From Tortispora ganteri (Eukaryota): a stretch of 64,000 nucleotides of DNA. This document shows positions 52,509 to 62,828 of the stretch, piece after piece (position 1 is the first letter of the stretch; the number at the start of each line of letters is the position of its first letter). The stretch covers positions 124,001 to 188,000 of the forward strand of contig PPNB01000002.1 in assembly GCA_003707115.1 (NCBI GenBank), in the 5' to 3' direction. A model generated the notes under the pieces. That model worked only from the letters and a program-made list of their open reading frames with translations. It was not told the origin of the DNA and ran no database searches. The position numbers and the translations under genes are program-made.

Positions 52509-54251
52509 ATGAAGGTGAACTTATACGTCTATGATCTCTCAAACGGGCTAGCGAGACAATTATCGCAAAGTCTTATTGGCAAACAAATTGAGGGAATCTG
52601 GCATACTAGTGTGGTTGTTCATGGGTCAGAAATCTTTTTTGGACAAGGTATTCAACAGTGTAGTCCTGGAACTACACATCATGGCAAACCCGTGCAAATA
52701 ATAGACATGGGTGAAACTGAATTGCCTCAAGAGTTACTTATCGAGTACCTAGATTCGCTGCGTTCTGAATATTCGCCTGACTCTTATGATCTATTCGAAC
52801 ATAACTGTAATCATTTTTCGCAAGAGCTACTGCAATTTTTAGTCGGGAAAGACATTCCATCTTTTATCAAGGACCTACCAGAAGATGTTCTTAATACTCC
52901 GTTCGGACAATCACTGCGGCCAATGATAGAGCAAACCATGAGACCTATTGTGACTGCGCCGGTGCCTGCAGAATCTAGTCGACCCGCTAATGCACAGCTG
53001 CCTGCACAACCTTTTTACATCAATCACAATAATCCCGCTAATGTTAGTTCGGAAGTGGAAACAGTCTTGACCGAAACTGCCCTGAATCAGATACTGACTA
53101 AGCACACCGCAACTGTCGTGTTTTTCACCTCTGTTACTTGTGGACCCTGCAGAGCACTTTATCCAAAATACGATGATCTGTCGCTAAAGTATTCTGGATC
53201 AGTCAAATTTGTCAAAGTGGACGTAAGCAAAGCGCAGCCACTTAGCCAGAAATTCAGAATCACAGCAACCCCCACGTTTGTCACATTCATAGAGCGCTCT
53301 CAATTTGATACTTGGAAAGGCGCAAATCCGCAAGAACTTGATTCAAAGATCAAACTACTAATACATGCAGCCTTCCCGCCTCACCCGCATACTTCTCTTA
53401 ATCTCACGCACTTACTGCGCTTATCCACACAACCAATCCTCTATCACAAAATACCGCCACTACCAAAGGTACGCGAAAAAGTTTCCTCTATTATAAATAA
53501 CGACAGTCCTCTGTTTTCATTGATAAATTTCATAGAAGAAAAGATCTCGAATGCTCGATCAAGCACTGCTGTCCCTCAGCTGTCGCTTGCCGCTCAAGCA
53601 TCTGTCCAGCTGATGGCAGAAAATACGCCAGAGAATGTATTTGTCGTAATTGACATCTGGAGAATCGCATGCATCGAAAAAGCTGTAGCTTCTTGGTTAT
53701 TGGATGACAAAAAGATTAACCTTCTAGGTGCTGCCATGGACAAATGCCTCTCCGCCGACAGCAGCGCGTTCCAGCTCACACTAGTGACTCTTCAACTGTT
53801 GTGCAATCTTTTCACGTCACCCGCTGTAGTGAATAGACTTGAGAATGATGAAAGCATCAATATAAAACTACCGGATCTTATCACTGAAGGGTTACTTAGC
53901 GATCGCAGTAACATCAAACTTGCGGCCTCAAGTTTGTGCGCCAATGTTGCATCTCGTATACAAACTATGCGAGAAGAACGTAATGCCGAAATACTGAAGC
54001 CTATCTCTGCCGCATTGATACCTCCAATTGTGGAAGGGCTTGCAAATGAGAAAGACTCATCTCAAATTGTGGACAGGCTTGTCACCGCCCTGACGTTCTT
54101 AGTATACCGCGTGCCTAAGGACAGTGATATTGTATCCATTGTTGAAGTACTGGAAGTTAAAAATACAGTTTCTAGCATAGCAGATAAGCTGTGCGATACA
54201 AAAGTTCGTAGAGAGCTTACAGAGATATTGCTGGCTAACATATCAACATAA
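52509..54251 (+). CDS. PPPDE (DESI-type) peptidase-thioredoxin-PUL domain protein
   Basis: VNLYVYDLS, GIWHTSVV, YDLFEHNCNHFS (PPPDE His/Cys dyad), Trx CGPC...TPTF, and a helical PUL-like C-terminus. Confidence 0.88.
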   Translation: MKVNLYVYDLSNGLARQLSQSLIGKQIEGIWHTSVVVHGSEIFFGQGIQQCSPGTTHHGKPVQIIDMGETELPQELLIEYLDSLRSEYSPDSYDLFEHNCNHFSQELLQFLVGKDIPSFIKDLPEDVLNTPFGQSLRPMIEQTMRPIVTAPVPAESSRPANAQLPAQPFYINHNNPANVSSEVETVLTETALNQILTKHTATVVFFTSVTCGPCRALYPKYDDLSLKYSGSVKFVKVDVSKAQPLSQKFRITATPTFVTFIERSQFDTWKGANPQELDSKIKLLIHAAFPPHPHTSLNLTHLLRLSTQPILYHKIPPLPKVREKVSSIINNDSPLFSLINFIEEKISNARSSTAVPQLSLAAQASVQLMAENTPENVFVVIDIWRIACIEKAVASWLLDDKKINLLGAAMDKCLSADSSAFQLTLVTLQLLCNLFTSPAVVNRLENDESINIKLPDLITEGLLSDRSNIKLAASSLCANVASRIQTMREERNAEILKPISAALIPPIVEGLANEKDSSQIVDRLVTALTFLVYRVPKDSDIVSIVEVLEVKNTVSSIADKLCDTKVRRELTEILLANIST

Positions 54252-54267
54252 TAATCATTAATTGTCA

Positions 54268-57200
54268 CTATTTGCAATAGGTCATTGAGTAAGCATGTGC
54301 TACTACTGCAGTGGCTGTTTGAATATTCATAGATCGGACCACACCAACCTGCTTGATTTCAATGCAGAAGTCCACTTCAGCAAGTATACGCGCAGGGATA
54401 CCTTCGCGTTCCTTACCGAGAACCAAAACAGACTTTTCAGGGAAAACCGTATCCTTATTCAACTCGATGCTATCATCCGTTTGCTCAAGGCCAATAATAG
54501 TATACCCTTCTTTGCTTTTCGTCGACAAGAATGGTATAATTGATTCAGGTGCAACTTCTTCCATGGGCATCCACAAATCAGCCGTGACTGCAACGTTACG
54601 GAAGTCGTGATGTTTGACTACCTGCATGCTCGGTACCGTCATCAACTCAGCTCCAAGGACATCGCACAAGCGGCATATTCCTCCGAGGTTATGAGTGTTC
54701 TCAACCAAGCTAGCAACAATAATCAGATGCCCTCTTTTACTTGAAGCTTCTCTACTGCCACCTTCAGCCTCAAATACTGTGTTCCAGTTACCACTTTTCG
54801 TCTGTAAGGTGATAGATGCATCCATCAACGGCTGTGATACAACCATGGTATCATGATTAACCAGAGGGCTTTCGTCTGGTATGCTAAGAGTCCACTTATT
54901 CTTCATGTCAGTACCAATTTCAACCTGGAGATCATTAGGCATTATATCCTGAAGCTGATGAAAACATGCTGCAGGAATAAACCCATATACCGGATCAGCA
55001 ACAGCACACAAAACACCACCTGCAATACCGCAAAGAGTATAATCGTCATACACATCCCATAAAAGTGCTTCACCGCTTCTGAACTGCTTATATTGCGGGG
55101 CAGCGCGAATATGCTTATCCAAATTTGCAAGACCATTCATAAATGAGTCTTCAGAAATGCCTAAGCGCTTTGCATGGGGAAGTAATGCTGGCATAAGAGA
55201 TATCGTGAAGTGTCGAACGCCCGCTCTATTACTAGCAGCAAACGGCAAAACTGCGGCGTAGAATTTTGGTATAAGTTTCTTTTGCAGATCTTTAGTAAAG
55301 GAGAGAATAGCAAGAAGCGCTATCATTTGAAGAGATCCAGTGTACTTTGGAATATTCTCTGGAATGGATAACTCTTTCCATACTATATCTAGAAAATCCT
55401 CATGCCGACTTGCTATTCGAGAGCAAAGCCATTCTAGGTAAGTTCTGACAGAGGGAAAAGGTTCATTATGAAGATCTTCCAGGGATAAAAAAAACAATTT
55501 TTTTGATAACTCTTTTGTAAAGAATCGGTCTAGGGCAAGCAGCATTTGAACAGCAGCCAACCTGACCTGCTCACAATCGCTGACACATCGTACAGGATTC
55601 CAAAAATCGATTTCCTTGGATTCTAGAATATAAGAAATTATGCTATTGGCAAACTTTATGCACCGACTCTCGTTTATCTTGAGAGAGCCAATAAGCAAAA
55701 GAACACCAGCACGCCCAACGCCTTCATCATATGAAAAATATTCCGAATAGATATCATATCCTGTCCTTTTGCTGATATAAGCACTGAGAACATCATCCAT
55801 CACAAAATAAGCAGTTGCAGGATGATATGAGACGTATAGATCAACCAAGATTGCAGATATCCATGGAATTTCAAGAAATGAAGGGTAGTCGGTAAACAAT
55901 AGCAACAGCTTGCGCGATAATGCAGGCCAAATACCACGACGATTTTTTCCCTGTTTAACGTAAGTATGTGCTATTTCTTGTAATCTTTCCTGAAAAGCAT
56001 CTAAAGCGAGAACCTTAGGATGAAAAGCGATATCAATGAAACGCACTTCGAGGGTTAATTCGGACGAAGGAAACCTATCATCCACAAGAACCGTAAGCCA
56101 AACAGATTCAACAATCTGTTTCAATAAATCTGCACTTATAGTGGATTTTGTGATCCAGAGACTTAAGTATTCTACAGCACATAGTCTGGTGTCGTAGGAA
56201 TCAAAATCGAAAGTACTAATCAGTGACCTTACAAACACCTCCTGATGAGCAGGAAAAAGTCCAATTTCTGCAAATGACTTAAGAACGAGTACCGAAGAAC
56301 GAATACAAAGATCTTTGATAGAAAGCGTATCCTTCAATGAATGCACGTTGGTTGACTTGGGAGGCAATCCAATTTGTTTTATAATGCAGACCAGTTCTTC
56401 GATGATTGTTTTGTATTCAGTTACTCTCAGATGAGTGAGTGCCTCTAGAGATATTTTCAAAGCATTAATGTCTTTGTTGTTTGAGTTCAGATAGTCACGT
56501 ACCACTTTAGTGGCCAGGTCCATGAAATGGGCATTATTAGCATCCGATATCACTGTTTTAGAAACATCTGCCGAGCATTCAGCAAGCCATGATTCTCCTT
56601 GGACAGCCAATATCGAGTTGAAGATATCCTTGAAGTTGATTCCGACTTCAAGTGTGGCGACAGAGTCTAAGTAGGATAAAATTGCAATGGTATGAGTGAT
56701 ATCAATGTCCGGACGCTTCAAGAGGGATTTTATGCAATTATAAAACAACTCAGATTTTCCTTGATGTCTCAATAAACTAAATATAAGTCTAGTTTCTGAA
56801 TCACGAGAAACAGTATCAGTCACAGATGACTCTAGTATCGTCAAGAGGCTGCGATCCAAAGCGTCTGATGACCCCTTTAAATCCTTTAAGGAATTGTAAG
56901 TATTAGACAGTAGACTTTCACATATTTCTTTGCTGGTAAGTTCATGGAACAAGGAAGAGAGAAGGGCAAAATAGGAATCAAATGCAGAGCGGACGTCGCA
57001 CCACAGGAAAATCTTCAAGCAACTAGTTCGAATAGAGAAAGCTCTTAATTCACCTTCAAATGGGGCTTGCATAACACCTAAAAGAATTTGATATATAGCC
57101 GGGGACATTATTCTACGGCCATCCAACCCGTCTGAAAGTCCCGAAAATGCGTAAAGGCGCGAAGCATCGTAAGTATAGCGCGATTCATATAAGTATCGTA

Positions 57201-58515
57201 AAGAGTTAGCAATAAACTGTTCCGCTTTAGTGTCGCTAAGCACAGATATTACTTTAAAAAAGAAATTAGCAAGAGAAACACCATACGGACAAGTACAGTT
57301 ACCCGATTTGTCTATTTTAGTCTGGAAAAACTGAGCAGAGAAACACAGCGTAAAGAAAGGAGTCATGACGCCCTGAAAGTCTTCAACTAAGGATGGCAAA
57401 TACTTCGCTTCAAGGTTGAGAATAGTGTTCGATATGTACTTACGTACAGACTCTACAGGGGCGTTCAGAGCCAACACAAAAAGCTTTCGTACCCAGACTA
57501 TGCTCACTAGCGACTCTGGCTCCATAAGACGCAAAATATCAGGCACAGTTGCTTCAACTTGATTTGCAGAAGTATCTATACCTATTAATTCAGCGATAGT
57601 AAGAAATTTCAACCAGTAAGACCTATAATCTGAATCGTTAGATATCTCAAATACAAATAAGGGCGTGTGTACATCGTATGAGATTTTTGACAATGCTAGT
57701 CCCATTGAGCATATTACATATTTGCGAATTTCAAATGAAGGAGCAGTCAAGTTATCAAGCATAATTTGCCAGAAAGATTCAGAAGATAGCATAGAACGGA
57801 AACTAGAGGCGGGTTGGTCAGAGTCCATGAGACGCATGCAGAGAAGGAGCGCCCGTTTTCGACAATCTTCAAAGGATATAAGGAACTGAACATAGTTCCA
57901 GATATCGTCAGTTAAAAGAAGTCCATTTGAGCGAGAAATAATTTTTGACGAAACATGCAATGATAGTGTAGAAAGAGTTTTGTCAGACAGGCCGAGGCCG
58001 ATGAGCGAATTGATGAATGTTGATCTGAGTAGATCAAAATCAAGGATATTAGAGGTGCAAGTGAAAACAGATTTTTGAAATTCTAGTATATTGAGCAAAT
58101 CTATTTCAGAAATAGTGTTTATATGAGCTTCAGATCTAGTCGACAACGATAAGATGGGATTATCTTCAGAGAGGAATCGAAAATGTACGAAAAGTTGATA
58201 AGTAGTTGAAGCAAAGAAAGCAGAGATCCAGTTGTTCGATTGTCGCAATAACTTAGAACAAAGATCAGGAATATTCGAGCACAAAAAAATTGCTGTTCTA
58301 GAATCGCTTCCATTAAATATTATCGATTTGCAGTAATCTAGAAGGACCTCTAGACAGTCATGGGAATTAGACAGTCTCGGCCACGAGAAAACAATAAGAT
58401 CGCGCACACTGTTGATTTTATCTTCAGGAGTAGATGACAGATATTTACATGCAGTCAAGGTAACAGAATCTAAAGATTTTGTGTCTATGGAATCGTAAAG
58501 CGAGGATTCTGTCAT
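54268..58515 (-). CDS. TRM3: tRNA (guanosine-18 2'-O)-methyltransferase Trm3/TARBP1
   Basis: C-terminal SPOUT domain: VASLV...NLGGICRLCDV, GLEQT, VLGKEREGIP, EIKQVGVVRSMNIQTA. Start is ATG 58515 or 58596. Confidence 0.93.
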   Translation of the reverse strand: MTESSLYDSIDTKSLDSVTLTACKYLSSTPEDKINSVRDLIVFSWPRLSNSHDCLEVLLDYCKSIIFNGSDSRTAIFLCSNIPDLCSKLLRQSNNWISAFFASTTYQLFVHFRFLSEDNPILSLSTRSEAHINTISEIDLLNILEFQKSVFTCTSNILDFDLLRSTFINSLIGLGLSDKTLSTLSLHVSSKIISRSNGLLLTDDIWNYVQFLISFEDCRKRALLLCMRLMDSDQPASSFRSMLSSESFWQIMLDNLTAPSFEIRKYVICSMGLALSKISYDVHTPLFVFEISNDSDYRSYWLKFLTIAELIGIDTSANQVEATVPDILRLMEPESLVSIVWVRKLFVLALNAPVESVRKYISNTILNLEAKYLPSLVEDFQGVMTPFFTLCFSAQFFQTKIDKSGNCTCPYGVSLANFFFKVISVLSDTKAEQFIANSLRYLYESRYTYDASRLYAFSGLSDGLDGRRIMSPAIYQILLGVMQAPFEGELRAFSIRTSCLKIFLWCDVRSAFDSYFALLSSLFHELTSKEICESLLSNTYNSLKDLKGSSDALDRSLLTILESSVTDTVSRDSETRLIFSLLRHQGKSELFYNCIKSLLKRPDIDITHTIAILSYLDSVATLEVGINFKDIFNSILAVQGESWLAECSADVSKTVISDANNAHFMDLATKVVRDYLNSNNKDINALKISLEALTHLRVTEYKTIIEELVCIIKQIGLPPKSTNVHSLKDTLSIKDLCIRSSVLVLKSFAEIGLFPAHQEVFVRSLISTFDFDSYDTRLCAVEYLSLWITKSTISADLLKQIVESVWLTVLVDDRFPSSELTLEVRFIDIAFHPKVLALDAFQERLQEIAHTYVKQGKNRRGIWPALSRKLLLLFTDYPSFLEIPWISAILVDLYVSYHPATAYFVMDDVLSAYISKRTGYDIYSEYFSYDEGVGRAGVLLLIGSLKINESRCIKFANSIISYILESKEIDFWNPVRCVSDCEQVRLAAVQMLLALDRFFTKELSKKLFFLSLEDLHNEPFPSVRTYLEWLCSRIASRHEDFLDIVWKELSIPENIPKYTGSLQMIALLAILSFTKDLQKKLIPKFYAAVLPFAASNRAGVRHFTISLMPALLPHAKRLGISEDSFMNGLANLDKHIRAAPQYKQFRSGEALLWDVYDDYTLCGIAGGVLCAVADPVYGFIPAACFHQLQDIMPNDLQVEIGTDMKNKWTLSIPDESPLVNHDTMVVSQPLMDASITLQTKSGNWNTVFEAEGGSREASSKRGHLIIVASLVENTHNLGGICRLCDVLGAELMTVPSMQVVKHHDFRNVAVTADLWMPMEEVAPESIIPFLSTKSKEGYTIIGLEQTDDSIELNKDTVFPEKSVLVLGKEREGIPARILAEVDFCIEIKQVGVVRSMNIQTATAVVAHAYSMTYCK

Positions 58516-58689
58516 TATTTGCAGTTCTATTAAGTGCAGAAAATCATTACCTTCCTCGGAAAGCCCAATAAAAAAAAAACTCCTCCAAATATTCATTCTC
58601 CCAACTTATTTTTATTTACCTAAAAGGTACAACTAAGTAAACAACGAGATCATTAGCCAATCATTCTAAAAATACCACATATCAATAAA

Positions 58690-60225
58690 ATGTATTCTGA
58701 AAATAAAGCTAGAATTAATGAAGATAATGGTACTATTCAAGTAATTGTGCGGTTAAGGCCACAATTGCAAAGGGATAAGAAGAATGTTTACTTCGCAGCT
58801 GATAGCGCGAATGGGATCATCACAGCAGTGCCACCAACAGAAGAGAAATTAAAGCAAAAATCTCATTCAAGAGAATTTGTCTTTGACCATGTAATTGAAC
58901 CAAATGACAGAAAATTGAATATAGGCAAATCTGATCAAGAACGCTTATATGATCTTGTAGGTAGGCCGCTATTGGATCATAATTTTGAAGGTTACAATTC
59001 TTGCATATTTGCTTATGGCCAAACTGGTTCTGGGAAATCGCATACTATGACAGGATCAAATCAAGACGAAGGCCTAATACCTAAAACATGTCAAGATTTG
59101 TTTTACAGGATTCAATATCTGCAGAAATCAGACGTCCTCGCCCACGTGTACTGCTCCTACTTTGAGATATACAACGAGCAGATAAGAGATCTGTTAAATG
59201 ACGGAACCAAATCCGCCTTGAAAGTAAGAGAATCTCCTTCTGAAGGTATACACGTAAAAGGCCTGCAAGAGTTCCACGTCGAAAACTACAGTCAGGTTAA
59301 AGCTCTATTGGATCGAGGAAATAGAGCTCGAGCAACTGCCGCTACTAACATGAACGACACCTCGAGTCGCTCACACGCTGTGTTGACATTAAAACTCCAC
59401 CAAACTCGCTATATTCCCGAAACAGATGAAACAAGCGAAACAATATCAAACATTAGAATGGTGGATTTGGCCGGATCTGAGAGAGCAACATCCACCGGAA
59501 CAACAGGCATTAGACTGCGAGAAGGTGGTAACATTAACAAATCTCTAACAACGTTAGGCAGAGTTATCGTAGCCCTATCAAAGAATGAGCTCAAAAAGAA
59601 TCCAAATCAGAGAAAAGAGCTCATTCCATACAGAGACTCCATATTGACCTGGGTGCTAAAGGAAAATTTAGGAGGCAATAGTAAAACTGCGATGATCGCC
59701 TGCCTCTCTCCAACTGATTATTTCGAAGGAATGTCGACTTTGCGCTATGCTGACCAGGCAAAGAGAATAAGAACACGTGCCATAGTAAACCAGGGCCCTT
59801 TATCGTCACAGGAAGCAAATAAAGTCATAGAAGAGTTGCAGGCACAAATATCTATTCTGGAAAAGAGCATGTCTACTCTCAAACACTCTGCAGAAAAGAA
59901 TCACTCTGACAACAACAGTCAAAATAGTGAACAAACTCAGAAACTCGAAGTTTTAAAGTCTAGCTTATCGTTCTTAGAACTAAAAATTTCTATCGAAGAA
60001 AATATCAAAAAATCTCTTCGAAATGAAAATCAACATTTGACAGAACACAATCAGATTCTCATTTCTACACTTTCATCAACTATGAACAGACTATCAGGAG
60101 ATATGCAAACAGGAGTAGCCAAGTTCGAAGAGCTCAAAAAAGAACAAGAGTCGTTGCTCGCTGATATACACTCTTTCAGGTTAGATATGGAAAATGATCC
60201 GGTTCAATTCGTCAAGAGGCAATAG
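58690..60225 (+). CDS. Short kinesin-3-like motor with coiled-coil tail
   Basis: FAYGQTGSGKS, SYFEIYNE, TNMNDTSSRSHA, DLAGSER, kinesin-3-type PYRDSILTWVLKENLGGNSKTAMIA, STLRYADQAK. Confidence 0.88.
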   Translation: MYSENKARINEDNGTIQVIVRLRPQLQRDKKNVYFAADSANGIITAVPPTEEKLKQKSHSREFVFDHVIEPNDRKLNIGKSDQERLYDLVGRPLLDHNFEGYNSCIFAYGQTGSGKSHTMTGSNQDEGLIPKTCQDLFYRIQYLQKSDVLAHVYCSYFEIYNEQIRDLLNDGTKSALKVRESPSEGIHVKGLQEFHVENYSQVKALLDRGNRARATAATNMNDTSSRSHAVLTLKLHQTRYIPETDETSETISNIRMVDLAGSERATSTGTTGIRLREGGNINKSLTTLGRVIVALSKNELKKNPNQRKELIPYRDSILTWVLKENLGGNSKTAMIACLSPTDYFEGMSTLRYADQAKRIRTRAIVNQGPLSSQEANKVIEELQAQISILEKSMSTLKHSAEKNHSDNNSQNSEQTQKLEVLKSSLSFLELKISIEENIKKSLRNENQHLTEHNQILISTLSSTMNRLSGDMQTGVAKFEELKKEQESLLADIHSFRLDMENDPVQFVKRQ

Positions 60226-60273
60226 TGCTAATGGGGGGAATAAGCAGCTGATAATGAACAACATATAAAGCCT

Positions 60274-62730
60274 TCATAATTCTCTTAGCATGCCAGATAG
60301 CTCCGAATTAGTAACTCCGCGAGTCATTGATACAATACGGGATAACAAGTCCTTATTCTTGTTCTTATAAGCTTCTTCCCCGGCTTCTTGAAAATGTTCA
60401 GCCTTAATCCACAATTCAGCACGTGCCTCTCTAGACAATTTCACGCACTTTGGAATAAACAGAGCAGCTAGATCTTTTTTACCTGCATTTAGACATGCAT
60501 TAACATATGGCTCAAAACCTATAGGTGATTTTTTATCTCGTGATATCTTTTCCAGTTCTTGCCAATTTCTAGCGTTACATAAGGATCGTAATTTAATCCA
60601 GGCGTACATTTTCGCAGAAGTTTTGAACTCATGACTTAAAGAATTAGCACGAGAAACTTGTCCAAGGCTTATAAGTTCTGAAAGAGTATCATAGAGGGAA
60701 AGACCTAAGAACTTATGGTCATAATCATTCTCCAGTTTCTGTTGGGTATTGAGCAAGTTGCAATATTCAGATAAATTCTTAGAGGTTAAAGAACTGATCT
60801 TAACATCTGCTAGCACTTTACTGGCTACCATTGCCTTCTCAAGACGTGAGTCCACAGAATCCTGTTCTAAAGCATCTGCGAACAATGTTAATGCACCTCC
60901 AATCAGATTGTCCCCTTGGTAGTAATAATCCTTGAGCAAGCTCGATTCTTCAATTTCGCCTAGCATGCGTACAACATTAGAAGCCAACGGTCGGCTATTG
61001 ATTAGGCGGAAAAATTCAGCAAGTGATAGTTTCTTCCACAATATAAGCACGGTATATAAGATAAGATCTGTGTTCTTCGACTCTTCAGCTCTTTGCAACG
61101 CAATGTCATCTTCTTCCATTTTCAATAGCAGGGGAATCTGCATTTCGTTTCTAGGTTCATGCTTTAACAGGATGGATGATAATTTTATGCGTCCTTCATC
61201 AAATGCAGTTTCTGCAATGTCACTGTATGGTATGCCACGGAAATCCTTGATACGGTCAAAGATATAATCGCACGCCTCTTGGTCAGAAAGAGTTGTAGAC
61301 TTCACAACTTCACATGCCCACCGTACACAAATCCTATCCACGGGAAGGTTCAAGTATTCGGATATTTTCAAAGCTAAGCCATACTGTCTCCTGTTCATCA
61401 GTCTGTCGATCAGAGAATCTGGGCCGATAGTGGTGTACTGGTTATAAGTGAGCCATATTCCGACCGAAGAATCTCTAACAGAGTTAAGCACACGAATTGC
61501 ACAACAAGTGTCGTAAAAGTCGTCAGAATTGTAGAGTGGAATGACAGATTTGCCAAAACTGGCTGCTTTTAGCAGACGCTTCTGCCAGTAGCCGTCAAAT
61601 ATGCATAGAGAAACGTGTAATACATCATCCACGGCCTCATTAATTTTGTCACCAATTATGCGGATGTTTTCATCTGCCTTTAATGATTTTTTTTCCAATT
61701 GGTCGACACAGTCGAGCAAAATAGCTGATGGTTCAGTAGAGCCTATTCTAAATGTGGAGACGGTAGGGCTATCAAGCTTGTAAATAAAGTCATTCGTTGT
61801 ATCAGAAATGATCCGACATCCATCTTTTTCTGGCAAGAAAGCAACAGCGGAGTCGTAGTAAAGCGTAGCAGATGATCCTTGTAGGTCAATAATTCTCACA
61901 TCCTCTTGGTTAGTAAGGACGACGGCGTCATCGCCAATCCAAGAGAGCAGCAAATTCTGGCCTTCCATATCAGTAGTAACTTCACATACAGTACGGTCAA
62001 TCTGCAAGGAGTGGATAGAGACTAATCCGCTCGGAGAGGCTGCAGCGAAGTACTTGGAGGAAGGGGAGGCATGCATGGAGCAGACAGTAGATTGTTGGAG
62101 TGGATGTTTTTTAGCCGCGTAAGCGTCAATAATATACAAAGAGCCAGAAGCAAATACAGCAATATCAATTGAGCTGGATGATGATCGCCTGATGCACCAG
62201 GAAGAAATTTCTGGGTTCTGTATGTTTAAAGAGAGGATGCGAGGTACTGGATCGGAAAGTTTAGGGACAGATACAAATGTGTTGTCAATAAGACGAGCGA
62301 TGAGTCCTTTTGAAGTAAATTGGACATCTATTACGCCAATTGCTGAAGCCTCAGGTCCTAGCGAGGATTCGGAGAAGTTGCCAAAGACGTCTCTGTAAAA
62401 ACGAATGTCGCCTGTAGCAGAGACGAGAGTGAGAGATTCGTCATCAGTCCAACCCACGCCACGAAGTATAGTATGAGGCCATGTAATTGTGCTAATTAAA
62501 GAGCCAGAATTAGAGAAAATTCGAACACTCATTGCCGTTTGGTAGGCTTGCTGAATCGAGTATGAATGAGTGCCGGTAAGTTTACGACACACGGCAATGG
62601 AACCTCCATTTGGCGCAGCTACGACATGGCTATGAGCTATTTCAACATTAGTCCATTCTAAAGAGTATGCTTGATGTCTCGAGTAGTATTCTTTTCCTAA
62701 TTTTGTCCATTCCTTTGATGGAGATTTCAT
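60274..62730 (-). CDS. VPS16: HOPS/CORVET subunit Vps16
   Basis: PSKEW, VAAPNGGSIA, QKRLLKAASFGKS, IRVLNSVR, KKSPIGFEPYV. Confidence 0.95.
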   Translation of the reverse strand: MKSPSKEWTKLGKEYYSRHQAYSLEWTNVEIAHSHVVAAPNGGSIAVCRKLTGTHSYSIQQAYQTAMSVRIFSNSGSLISTITWPHTILRGVGWTDDESLTLVSATGDIRFYRDVFGNFSESSLGPEASAIGVIDVQFTSKGLIARLIDNTFVSVPKLSDPVPRILSLNIQNPEISSWCIRRSSSSSIDIAVFASGSLYIIDAYAAKKHPLQQSTVCSMHASPSSKYFAAASPSGLVSIHSLQIDRTVCEVTTDMEGQNLLLSWIGDDAVVLTNQEDVRIIDLQGSSATLYYDSAVAFLPEKDGCRIISDTTNDFIYKLDSPTVSTFRIGSTEPSAILLDCVDQLEKKSLKADENIRIIGDKINEAVDDVLHVSLCIFDGYWQKRLLKAASFGKSVIPLYNSDDFYDTCCAIRVLNSVRDSSVGIWLTYNQYTTIGPDSLIDRLMNRRQYGLALKISEYLNLPVDRICVRWACEVVKSTTLSDQEACDYIFDRIKDFRGIPYSDIAETAFDEGRIKLSSILLKHEPRNEMQIPLLLKMEEDDIALQRAEESKNTDLILYTVLILWKKLSLAEFFRLINSRPLASNVVRMLGEIEESSLLKDYYYQGDNLIGGALTLFADALEQDSVDSRLEKAMVASKVLADVKISSLTSKNLSEYCNLLNTQQKLENDYDHKFLGLSLYDTLSELISLGQVSRANSLSHEFKTSAKMYAWIKLRSLCNARNWQELEKISRDKKSPIGFEPYVNACLNAGKKDLAALFIPKCVKLSREARAELWIKAEHFQEAGEEAYKNKNKDLLSRIVSMTRGVTNSELSGMLREL

Positions 62731-62828
62731 GTTGATCGAGTGTCTAAAGGATTTAAAAGTGATTGTTTAAGTGGAAGGCATTAAAGCGCTGCCTCTCCCA
62801 CTTTCAACAACCCTGTATCAGACAAGTT

